A stretch of 32,000 nt of DNA from Planctopirus limnophila DSM 3776 (GTDB lineage Bacteria; Planctomycetota; Planctomycetia; Planctomycetales; Planctomycetaceae): positions 3,540,001 to 3,572,000 of the forward strand of contig NC_014148.1 of assembly GCF_000092105.1 (NCBI RefSeq). The letters run 5' to 3'. Position 1 is the stretch's first letter; each line of letters begins with the position of its first letter. The notes under the pieces are model-generated. The model saw only the letters and a program-made list of their open reading frames with translations. It ran no database searches and had not been told where the DNA came from. Made by a program: the position numbers and the translations under genes. Shown here piece after piece: positions 18,192 to 27,074 of the stretch.

Positions 18192-18476
18192 TCACAAACT
18201 CCTCTTGGGGAAGAAAGTTCAGAAAGACTTCCCGGGTGATGTCAAGATTTTTGAATCTTTTCTCGGTTTTCTGCTGAGCAACGCCGTCATACACGAAGAA
18301 TCTCTCGATTCACCGCCACTTAGCAAGAATTATTCACATCTGGCGGAATTCGCCCAGTAGAAATTCTCACGACACCAATCACCTGTCATGGCAGACCGTT
18401 CGAACCAAATCGCCGAATTGAGCAATCTGAGTGCAATTAGCATACTTCTCTTCAGTCGAAATAAACATCCTGCTGA

Positions 18477-19025
18477 ATGGCCAGCGAAGTCAACTTCTTT
18501 GAAGATCCCCCCATGGCGCAACGTACTTTTGTCCAGAATTTCAACTCGCGTCTGCAATCCGGCCTGGTGATCTTCTCTTTCCTCTGGCTAAGCGTGGCGT
18601 TTTTCTGGCTCTACCGGGCAGTGACTCTTGCAGGACAGAAGATTGACTTTTTTGTCGCGATCTACCTCTTTTTAACGATCCTTTGCAGTTTAGTGGGTTT
18701 TGTTCTGGCGTTCATTGATAAGCGTCGGTCAGTACGAGATCGGCCTCGTATTTCGGAACAAACACTCCATGCCTTTTCCCTCGCCGGGGGCTGGCCGGGG
18801 ACTTGTATCGGCAACTGGCTCTTTCGCCACAAAACGCAAAAGACCTCCTATCAGGCGATGTTCTGGCTGATTGTGTTGGTACACCTTTCAATCGTCTCTT
18901 ATTGCCTCTATCTCACCTGGTGGCCTGCCAATTCTGAACCAGCCAACATTTCCAAGCCTCCTTCGACCAGCCTCCCTCGGATCACTCCTCAACCTCTTCT
19001 TCCACCAACTGGTGCAACCGGGTGA
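18477..19025 (+). CDS. DUF1294 family membrane protein
   Basis: 182-aa ORF with two N-terminal TM helices followed by RISEQTLHAFSLAGGWPGTCIGNWLFRHKTQKTSYQAMFWLIV, which matches my memory of the DUF1294 core. The tail is Pro-rich. The internal Met (MAQRTF) is an alternative start. Confidence 0.7.
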   Translation: MASEVNFFEDPPMAQRTFVQNFNSRLQSGLVIFSFLWLSVAFFWLYRAVTLAGQKIDFFVAIYLFLTILCSLVGFVLAFIDKRRSVRDRPRISEQTLHAFSLAGGWPGTCIGNWLFRHKTQKTSYQAMFWLIVLVHLSIVSYCLYLTWWPANSEPANISKPPSTSLPRITPQPLLPPTGATG

Positions 19026-19158
19026 ATGCCCCCTTTTCCCATTCTTTCTGCAGCCCGCTAACTGATATTCAGTTACGAATCGACGTTGTTCGGGCTACTA
19101 TAACCGCGTGATAGACTTCCCATTGCCATGGCCACAATGCAGTTCAAGAAGACGCCTC

Positions 19159-20325
19159 ATGATCTCGCAGGAACTCACCACTCAACTTGCCAAAGCCCCC
19201 ACACCCGGCGATGTCTTCGAGCGGCTCATCGAACAACTGGAGGCTCAGAAATCGTGGCATCTTCTTTTCGATGCACTGCTCGCCCAATCGAAGCTCAAAC
19301 TGGGTCTTCCCACTCTCAAACCCACTTCGTTTGAAGATGTCCCCGCTGCTCTCAGGCCGCAATTCGAGAAAGACTATGCGACAGCCGCCCGTGCGGTTGG
19401 TACAGCATTACTTGGCCAGAAAGACATCACCGGAGCGTACCCCTATTTTCAGGCGATTCGCGATCTCGAACCTCTCGCTGCGGCATTGAAGGCGATCCCC
19501 TTGCCCGCGACCTGGTCCGAAGAGGCGCAAGCACTCATTCAGCTAGCACTTTATCAAAAGGTGGCTCCCGAACGCGGTGTCGAAATGATGCTCAAACTGC
19601 AGGGCACCTGCAGCACGATCACGGCACTCGACCAGATCTTTGCTGAACTTCCATCCGAAGCCCGCTCGCGCTGCGCTGTTCTCATGGTTCGCAATCTGCA
19701 CCATGACCTGCTATCGAATCTCTCACGCGAAGTCCTGCAGAAGTCTCCGCTTGCCATGCCTCCCAAAACCATTCGTGAAGCGATTACTGGCCGCGACTGG
19801 CTCTTTGCAGAGTCAAACTACCATATCGACGTTTCTCACCTGCACAGTGTGGTCCGCTTTGCCCGTTCGATCATGAACAGCCCCGCCGATCTCGCATTGG
19901 CACGCGATCTGGCCGAATATGGCTCGATGCTCGACCCTCAGTTGCAATACTCGGCTGAACCTCCTTTTGACGACTACTACGCAGCCCATCAGCAATTCTT
20001 TTCTGTACTGCTCGAATCGACACCGGACGAACATCTGGCGTGGTTTCAGAAAAAACTCGATGCTGAACCTGATGCCCCTGATCGCGCTTTGATTGCTTAC
20101 GTGATGGTCGATCTCCTGGCTCGCCGGAAACTTCTCAAAGAAGCGATCCCCTTAGCAAGAACCCATTTGATTGGTGCCGACCCTCAGTTTCTGGCAGCTT
20201 TTTCTGAGCTGTGCCGGGATGCCGGTGAGTGGGGCGTGCTTGCCGAGGTTGCCGCTGAAGAGAATGAACCCGTTCTCTATGCTGCGGCTCTGGCTGCCCA
20301 ATGTCCCCAGCCATCAGCCAGCTAA
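19159..20325 (+). CDS. Hypothetical alpha-helical protein
   Basis: Long ORF; the track starts it at a non-ATG codon at 19108. I prefer ATG 19159 (MISQELTTQLAK...). Composition is helical, Leu/Ala-rich, with no motif I can assign. Coding-like codon usage runs throughout. Confidence 0.6.
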   Translation: MISQELTTQLAKAPTPGDVFERLIEQLEAQKSWHLLFDALLAQSKLKLGLPTLKPTSFEDVPAALRPQFEKDYATAARAVGTALLGQKDITGAYPYFQAIRDLEPLAAALKAIPLPATWSEEAQALIQLALYQKVAPERGVEMMLKLQGTCSTITALDQIFAELPSEARSRCAVLMVRNLHHDLLSNLSREVLQKSPLAMPPKTIREAITGRDWLFAESNYHIDVSHLHSVVRFARSIMNSPADLALARDLAEYGSMLDPQLQYSAEPPFDDYYAAHQQFFSVLLESTPDEHLAWFQKKLDAEPDAPDRALIAYVMVDLLARRKLLKEAIPLARTHLIGADPQFLAAFSELCRDAGEWGVLAEVAAEENEPVLYAAALAAQCPQPSAS

Positions 20326-20403
20326 TCATTCTGAGTAAAACATTTATCGGCAGAACTTCGATTTCATTTCCACATTGAACGACAACTTGGGAGCACAGGC
20401 AAG

Positions 20404-21123
20404 ATGAGACATGATGGTCGCCAGCCAGATGAACTGCGTCCGATTCGAATTCAGCGTCAGTTCACCAAAGTTGCCCCTGGCAGTGTGCTGATCTCGGCTG
20501 GTGACACAACTTTGCTCGTGACCGCCAGCATCGATGAAACCCTGCCTCCGTGGAAGGCAGCCGATCCTGCAGCTCAAAAAGGCTGGCTCACTGCCGAGTA
20601 CTGCATGCTCCCCGGCAGTACCTCTCCCCGCAAACGCCGCGAACGCGAAAAGGTCGATGGCCGCTCGACAGAAATTCAAAGGCTCATTGGCCGCAGCTTA
20701 CGGGCCTGTGTCGATTTTGAAACACTGGGGCCGCGCACGATCATGATCGACGTGGAAGTTCTGCAGGCTGATGGTGGCACCCGCACTCTGGGTATTACCG
20801 GCGGCTACATTGCCCTGTGCGATGCGATTGCGACCTTAGGTGATAAGGTTTCAAAAGACCGCCCTGTGCTGACCACGTCGATTGCTGCAGTCAGTGTCGG
20901 GATTTCGCACGGGACACCAATCCTGGATCTCGATTATATTGAAGACAGCCAGGCAGAGGTTGATCTCAATGTGGTTATGACAGGTTCGGGCGAATTCATC
21001 GAGATTCAAGGGACAGCCGAAGGCCGCTCGTTTACCCGCGCGCAGCTGGATCAACAGCTTGCACTGGCTGAGAAAGGCATTCGCCAACTCATGGAACTCC
21101 AGCAAGCAGCATTGAAGGGCTGA
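20404..21123 (+). CDS. rph: Ribonuclease PH
   Basis: 239-aa [76 protein letters not shown] and [16 protein letters not shown] are collinear with bacterial RNase PH. Confidence 0.95.
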   Translation: MRHDGRQPDELRPIRIQRQFTKVAPGSVLISAGDTTLLVTASIDETLPPWKAADPAAQKGWLTAEYCMLPGSTSPRKRREREKVDGRSTEIQRLIGRSLRACVDFETLGPRTIMIDVEVLQADGGTRTLGITGGYIALCDAIATLGDKVSKDRPVLTTSIAAVSVGISHGTPILDLDYIEDSQAEVDLNVVMTGSGEFIEIQGTAEGRSFTRAQLDQQLALAEKGIRQLMELQQAALKG

Positions 21124-21159
21124 TTGCATTTGCCTGGGTTGCGAGTGCTGAGCTGGGAC

Positions 21160-21196
21160 TTGGTGCGTTCCGTAAGAACTTCATCGCACCTTACCT
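21160..21196. repeat. Copy 2 of the hairpin repeat (first copy at 12349-12384)
   Basis: The sequence is TTGGTGCGTTCCGTAAGAACTTCATCGCACCTTACCT. The stem GGTGCG / CGCACC spans 21162-21167 and 21185-21190. It lies between the convergent rph and HEAT-DMP19 genes. Confidence 0.6.
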
Positions 21197-21244
21197 CAGA
21201 GGGAATAAAAAACACGTACACCCGTCTTCTTTAAGCGACACTTA

Positions 21245-22696
21245 TCAATCTGGGACTACAAAGTGTTCTTTATGTTTGATCGCATACAATGCCAGTAGGG
21301 CTTCCACATTTTCACTACATTCGTAGTAGCGAGTGTCCAACCCATCAACAACTTGATCTTTTTTACTGGTAAAAGCGGCGAGCTGACGGTGCCGGGTGTC
21401 GTTATCAACCGCTGGACCCGCAGTTCCAAACAACTTGGTTGCCTCCTGTAAGATTAATGCACGCTTCTCAGCACCGATCGCCTTTAATCCAGCAAGAGCT
21501 GACTTCCAGTGATCGCCCGATGAATTCACGAAATATTGTGAATGCCCTCCGTTGCAGACTTCGCTGTCGTACATAAATACAGCGTAGTAGTGCTTCTGAG
21601 GCGAAGAGAGTTGATCGAACCCTTGTTTATCCAAAGCATCAAAGATGACCTCGCGCGCATTCGTCACACCAGACAATATCGCCAGTGCCTCTGCTGCAGC
21701 TCTTTGAATCTTCTCGTTACCTGACGTCAATTCCAATCGAAACAACTCTTCTGCTGAGGCATCAGGGTGATTTGCATAAGCGATAAGTGCCTCGGAATAA
21801 TTGTAGTCATGAGGGTAATCGGCAACGAGAGGCTTCAGCGTCTTAAGGAGCGGCAGAAGTGTGTCATGAGGAATTTTATGGCCTGCTGTATTCAATGCCC
21901 GAATGATGTACTGAAGCTGTTTGTTCTCGATGGAAAAATAATCGGAAGAGAGCAGAATAGACATCGCACGATTGGTATCGATTGCAAGCAATAGTCCAGG
22001 AGCACGACCACTGACCGAGTTATCGGGACGATCCAGCAGTTTCGTTAATGCTGGAACCATGGCATCGAGGAATTCCGGGGTGCATCGTTTGGCTCGAATT
22101 CCTCCTTCGACACCCATCATCGCGAAAGAGCGAACATAGTCGTCATCATCACCCAGAGCGATCAGCATCGGCTCAATACATTCAGACGTGCCGATGTTAC
22201 CTAGAGCATGAGCAGCATACTTGCGAAAATAGCTGTCATTATGCTGCATATATTTAGCCAGAGGCTGTGCTGCCTGGGGCGACCCAGACGACTCTAGTAG
22301 ATCGGCAATTCGCTCGAAAGGCGATGCCGGGCCAGGGACATAACCTCCGTCACCGAATTTCATCGAAGCGGTTTTGGGATTGTTAAGTGCATTAATAAGC
22401 ATTGGTACAGCCTTCATGCCGACCAGTTGAAGACGATCAAAGTTGAAGTGTTTGTCCTTCTCATCAAAGAGTTGATCGACCATTTTCTGGATTTCTTCAT
22501 CCGAAATATCGTCAGGGATCGTTAACGCTTTTCGAGCGGCGAAATAGTCAGCAGCGGCTTGCTTGTAGTCGGGATTTTTCAACCAGTCGCTAAAACCACC
22601 ATTTTCGCCATGGCGAGGCCTGAGCATTCGATATGTAATAAAGGTTCCTATGGAGATTATTACGACGATCCCTAAAATGAATGCGGCGTATTTCAT
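21245..22696 (-). CDS. Membrane-anchored HEAT-repeat protein with a C-terminal DMP19/DUF4375-like domain
   Basis: 483-aa ORF with an N-terminal TM helix (AAFILGIVVIISIGTFITY). It has HEAT/PBS-lyase-type repeats (AAHALGNIGTSECIEPMLIALGDDDDYVRSFAMMG; RAAAEALAILSG). The C-terminal HYYAVFMYDSEVCNGGHSQYFVNSSGDHWKSALAGLKAIGAEK matches the NGG-x-x-Q-x-F-x-N core I associate with DUF4375/DMP19. GC is clearly lower than in neighbouring genes. Confidence 0.7.
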   Translation of the reverse strand: MKYAAFILGIVVIISIGTFITYRMLRPRHGENGGFSDWLKNPDYKQAAADYFAARKALTIPDDISDEEIQKMVDQLFDEKDKHFNFDRLQLVGMKAVPMLINALNNPKTASMKFGDGGYVPGPASPFERIADLLESSGSPQAAQPLAKYMQHNDSYFRKYAAHALGNIGTSECIEPMLIALGDDDDYVRSFAMMGVEGGIRAKRCTPEFLDAMVPALTKLLDRPDNSVSGRAPGLLLAIDTNRAMSILLSSDYFSIENKQLQYIIRALNTAGHKIPHDTLLPLLKTLKPLVADYPHDYNYSEALIAYANHPDASAEELFRLELTSGNEKIQRAAAEALAILSGVTNAREVIFDALDKQGFDQLSSPQKHYYAVFMYDSEVCNGGHSQYFVNSSGDHWKSALAGLKAIGAEKRALILQEATKLFGTAGPAVDNDTRHRQLAAFTSKKDQVVDGLDTRYYECSENVEALLALYAIKHKEHFVVPD

Positions 22697-22897
22697 ACCA
22701 TACCCTTAAGGATCTATGGTGGACTACTGTTGGTCATTTTCAGACTTATTGCCAAGACTTATATAAACTCGCCATGGAGCTTGTGGTTGCCATCTGCTTT
22801 CTGCAAAACAACTGCTTGTTGAACGTTTGCTAGAACATACTTGCCTGAAGCAGCAGCGAGCATGGGACAAGGCAATATTCCTCCAGGCAAATCCCCT

Positions 22898-24229
22898 CTA
22901 GGCAATATCTCCCAAAGCTTCATCTGCTGCACGGAGAGTCTGCTTCAAGTGTTCTTCCGTTAAAGCGGCAGACACAAAATGGGCCTCGAACTGGCTGCAG
23001 GCGAGATAGATTCCCCGCTCGAGCATCCCATGAAAGAACCGGGCAAAGCGTTTTGTATCACTCCGTTTCGCCACTTCATAACCTGTCACAACATCGGGAT
23101 TAAAGAACAGAGTGATCATACTTCCCACATGCGGGCATGTATGAGGCAATCCATGCTTTGTGGCGAGTTCACTCAGGCCTTGAGCCAGGCGCGAGGTGTA
23201 GTTTGCCAGAGTTGCATAAGGCCGTTCATCACGCAGCACGCTGAGTGTGGCAATCCCGCTGGCCATCGCCACGGGGTTTCCGGAGAGCGTTCCTGCCTGA
23301 TAGACCGGCCCGATTGGCGAAACCTTCCTCATGATATCTGCTCGCCCACCATAGGCCCCGACAGGCATGCCGCCGCCAATGATCTTTCCCAGAGTCGTCA
23401 TATCGGGCGTGATCCCGAACAACTCCTGGGCACCACCATACGCCAGACGAAAACCCGTCATCACTTCGTCGAAAATCAGCACTGTTCCATGCTGAGAACA
23501 GAGCTCACGCAGCAGCTTCAGAAACTCGGGCGAAGGCACAACCAAGCCCATATTCCCGACCACAGGCTCAAGAATCACCGCAGCAAACTGATCAGGATGA
23601 CGACGAAATGCATTTGCCAATCCCTCGCAATCGTTGTACTCCAGAACGGTCGTATGTTCTGTCACACTTGCGGGAATCCCAGGGCTCGAAGGGACACCAT
23701 GGGTCAAGGCTCCACTTCCTGCCGAAACCAGCAGGCTGTCGACATGGCCGTGATAACAACCTGCAAACTTGATCAATCGATCCCGACCGGTGAATCCCCG
23801 TGCGACACGTATGGCCGACATCGTGGCTTCAGTCCCCGAGTTTGTCATCCGCACCATCTCGATTGACGGAACAGCCTCAATGACCATTTGGGCCAGTTCA
23901 TTCTCGGCTTCGCAGGGGGCACCAAAGCTCGTACCACGATCGACAGCCGCATGAATGGCGGCAGTCACAACGGGATGGCGATGCCCTAAAATGTGCGGGC
24001 CCCACGAACCGATGTAATCGAGGTATCGATTCCCATCAATATCATACAGGTATGGCCCTTCCCCACGATCCATAACGACGGGTGTGCCACCCACACCACC
24101 AAAAGCACGAGCGGGGCTGTTCACACCGCCGGGTATCAGCTGTTGTGCTGCTGCAAAAACCTTCTCACTGCGGGAGTGAATCAAACGAACTTCATTCTCA
24201 ATCGATCGAGGTGAATCAGCGACAGACAT
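22898..24229 (-). CDS. hemL: Glutamate-1-semialdehyde 2,1-aminomutase
   Basis: LIPGGVNSPARAF, YLDYIGSWGP, FDEVMTGFR and LGKIIGGGMPVGAYGG are collinear with HemL. I chose ATG 24229 (443 aa) rather than the track start 24289, whose extra 20 aa (MQPLCGCRHLLMADFLLGCC) look non-native. Confidence 0.93.
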   Translation of the reverse strand: MSVADSPRSIENEVRLIHSRSEKVFAAAQQLIPGGVNSPARAFGGVGGTPVVMDRGEGPYLYDIDGNRYLDYIGSWGPHILGHRHPVVTAAIHAAVDRGTSFGAPCEAENELAQMVIEAVPSIEMVRMTNSGTEATMSAIRVARGFTGRDRLIKFAGCYHGHVDSLLVSAGSGALTHGVPSSPGIPASVTEHTTVLEYNDCEGLANAFRRHPDQFAAVILEPVVGNMGLVVPSPEFLKLLRELCSQHGTVLIFDEVMTGFRLAYGGAQELFGITPDMTTLGKIIGGGMPVGAYGGRADIMRKVSPIGPVYQAGTLSGNPVAMASGIATLSVLRDERPYATLANYTSRLAQGLSELATKHGLPHTCPHVGSMITLFFNPDVVTGYEVAKRSDTKRFARFFHGMLERGIYLACSQFEAHFVSAALTEEHLKQTLRAADEALGDIA

Positions 24230-24346
24230 GCAGCATCCCAGCAGAAAATCAGCCATCAACAAATGCCTGCAACCGCAAAGTGGCTGCAATCAGCATGAGA
24301 AGTTTAGGCAACAACGTGTACTTCGCAAATGAGCCGATACTCGGGC

Positions 24347-26251
24347 TTACTTTGACTCAGCCTCGGAATCCTCATCGATTTCCGCCGCCAGCAGTCCTTT
24401 CTCGATCCCGATGGCCATGAGCCGGATCCATGCCTGCTCGGCCTGATAGCTCAAGACCAGACCATTTTCGAGTGGTCTCAGCGACGCTTTGAGTGCGCCG
24501 ACGGATGGATCAACCGGCGGTAGATCCGCAGGCAAAACCGGCTTAAGCATGGTCTCGGCCAGATCCTTCAAGTTCGTACTGGTGATGTAGAAAGGGATCT
24601 TCCGTCGACTGGCCAATGGGTCGGCAGGGGCTTGAATTTTCTCGACAATCTCAGCCAGACGCGATTTTGTCAGTTCGAGTGATAGCGTGGAATAGCAGAT
24701 CAAATCATCGCTGATCCACAAATACACCTTCTGCTGAATGAGAGTGGCTTCTGGAGCTTTAGCCCCATCGCCGGCAGGTTTTTCTTCCAGTTCGACTTTG
24801 GGAAAACCAGGAATCTCTTCCAGTGCCTTGGCAGGATCCTGATAGGGCATCAGGTAATCCAACTGATGGATCGGAAGCCCCTGAAAGCTGCCCACCCCTA
24901 ACGACACTTTCTGCACGAGTTGGGCGTCATTGACCCGGATCTCTTCCAATTTGGGCAAGAGCACCGTCAGATCGGCACTGAGATTTTTTCTGGGAGCGAA
25001 GGCAGTGACGGCCAATCCGTTGAAGACAGTTTTCTCCGGAGCTGCTTGACCATCCGAGGCGGTGGCCGTTGTCGGTTGTGTCTCTGAAAAATTCTCGAGT
25101 GACTTTCCACTGAACACTGTTCGCGTCAGATCCTGCAGCGGCTTTAACGCCTTGATCAGATCTCGCTGCGCTTCCACCTCTTTCACCTGAGCTCGCACCG
25201 CCTCTTCCATCATCTTGGCGAAAATCCCGCCCAGTGGAGAGAGGGTCTTCCCTGCACGAAAACCTGTGTAAGCAAACGAATTCAGTTCAGCTGGCTTATT
25301 CGTTTCCAGCAGTTTGATCAGTCGGCCATCCTGCACCCGCCAGCTATCAATCATGCGGGAGGCACCACTATCAGCAGTCACATGCCACGGAATCGAAACT
25401 TCCATCAGTTCAAGCTCTGGATCGATCTTCATCCCCAAAGTGATATCCGTCCCGTCAGCACACAGTTTTTCAAAGGCACCTGCGTAACTGTTCAAAAATG
25501 TTCTCAAGGCCGACTTGAAGAGTTTTTCGACCTCTGGCGATGGCCAGTTGCTGGATTCTGCAGACTGCTTTGCCAACTCTTCGGCAGCCTGGGCCATCCC
25601 TGCTCGAATTCCGACTCCAATGAGATTGCGAATCCCGGGAGGCACCTCCGAAAGCCGTATCGATGCCGAGAAATCGAACTGCCTGGCGTCTTCCTTAGCC
25701 GAGTCGTCGAAGCGTGCAAAGGTTCGAAATGGTTTTTCGAGCACCTTGGCATTACAGAGCAGCAGCGAATCGCCCACTTCAATGGCATGTGTAATTCCGG
25801 AAATCACTTCGGGGATTTCCCACACGCCCTCTTGACCGGGTACTTTGACAGGGGGAGTGGCCTCGGGATTGTCCTTTCCCAGTCCTTGCAGAAAGACCAC
25901 AGGATCGGTCACGGGAAAAGACAACACAAACCACGGCTCTTCCTGAATGGTCTCTCCCAGGAACACCATTAGACCCAGGGGCCGGTTACGATCTGCACCA
26001 TCGGGTTCATTCCACTCATCCAGCCATTTGCGATATTTCTTTTCCAGAGCTGCACGATCCTGGAAAAAGCCCGCGATGTACTGCGAAGCCTTTTCCACTC
26101 GATCGATACTGGCCACCTGCACCACACAGAATGGCTTTTTGATCGCAGGTGCTCCCCCTTCGCCGGGCTTTCCACCCTCCTGGCCCTGGCTCGTGTTCAC
26201 GGTGTAGAGGCAAACCCCAACACTCACCACAACCAGCAGAAGCACTCGCAT
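24347..26251 (-). CDS. Secreted or membrane-anchored protein of unknown function
   Basis: Long ORF (665 aa in the track). I prefer ATG 26251, which gives MRVLLLVVVSVGVCLYTVNTSQG as a signal/anchor. No motif is recognised. The composition is mixed alpha/beta, with an acidic C-terminus (EIDEDSEAESK). Confidence 0.65.
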   Translation of the reverse strand: MRVLLLVVVSVGVCLYTVNTSQGQEGGKPGEGGAPAIKKPFCVVQVASIDRVEKASQYIAGFFQDRAALEKKYRKWLDEWNEPDGADRNRPLGLMVFLGETIQEEPWFVLSFPVTDPVVFLQGLGKDNPEATPPVKVPGQEGVWEIPEVISGITHAIEVGDSLLLCNAKVLEKPFRTFARFDDSAKEDARQFDFSASIRLSEVPPGIRNLIGVGIRAGMAQAAEELAKQSAESSNWPSPEVEKLFKSALRTFLNSYAGAFEKLCADGTDITLGMKIDPELELMEVSIPWHVTADSGASRMIDSWRVQDGRLIKLLETNKPAELNSFAYTGFRAGKTLSPLGGIFAKMMEEAVRAQVKEVEAQRDLIKALKPLQDLTRTVFSGKSLENFSETQPTTATASDGQAAPEKTVFNGLAVTAFAPRKNLSADLTVLLPKLEEIRVNDAQLVQKVSLGVGSFQGLPIHQLDYLMPYQDPAKALEEIPGFPKVELEEKPAGDGAKAPEATLIQQKVYLWISDDLICYSTLSLELTKSRLAEIVEKIQAPADPLASRRKIPFYITSTNLKDLAETMLKPVLPADLPPVDPSVGALKASLRPLENGLVLSYQAEQAWIRLMAIGIEKGLLAAEIDEDSEAESK

Positions 26252-27074
26252 GAAAGCGGAATTTACGACCAAGAGCATTCGATTCCCACAACAGATCTCC
26301 CACCGGTCTGCAGACTGTTTGAAGAACTTATTCGATGCAAACATGACAATTTTCCGTACGCAGGCCAGAGAAAGTGATCAACGCGAAAACGAATCCTTGC
26401 CAAACACCACTCACCTGAAAACGCAGGTCGCATTTTGGCAGAGTGCCTCTTGGCCGGAGGATGCTTAGTTAGTATTGACCATGCAAAGCCAAGGATCAAT
26501 GCGAAAGCCATCCTCGGGATAAAAACATCGAACAGTTCTCAACAAAACATTCCTCTCCGATACAACAGCCTTTGACACTTTCGTAACCTCCAAGCCTCAG
26601 GCTGTACCTCTCATAAACCGAGCCAACTCTCCATTGAAATCATCCTAAACCACGACAGTGTCATAACTCCAGGACCTACTCCCTCGACCACTCTTGGGCA
26701 CCTGCCCCTGACCGAGCACCAATTCCCGCACAGGTCTCAGCAGTGATCGCTCACCGGTCAGTATGCTCTCGCACCCTGCTGACGACAGACTCCCCAACCT
26801 CCACAGCCCCCCCATGACCCCACATCCTGGCATGCGCACACTCCAATCGCATCGGTGGAACAGAATGTGCAACTCCTGATCGAAGTCGACACTAGACGAG
26901 TGAATATCTCACAACAGATCGTCTTAGCGCAAGAAAAACGAATCTCCTATCGAACAGGCGATCAATATAGCTGTTGAAGTTGAACAGAACTCATCGCTAT
27001 CACGATGCGCATCTACGAAGAATGACTAATTATTCACTGTTATCAATTGACCACCCATAAGTCAGGAAACAAGA

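Noticed and set aside
24230-24289. N-terminal extension of hemL in the ORF track (MQPLCGCRHLLMADFLLGCC)
   Set aside because: HemL homology begins after the third Met, the extension is Cys-rich, and 443 aa fits the usual HemL length. I made similar start trimming for 24347-26344 (to 26251), 19108 (to 19159) and 28244 (to 28379).
26250-26872. Short ORFs in the long spacer (26250-26468 plus strand, 26263-26511 minus strand, 26645-26872 minus strand)
   Set aside because: Their translations are featureless and Gly/Arg/Ser- or Cys-rich, reflecting the strand compositional bias. They have no start context. The first two overlap the start region of the preceding gene.
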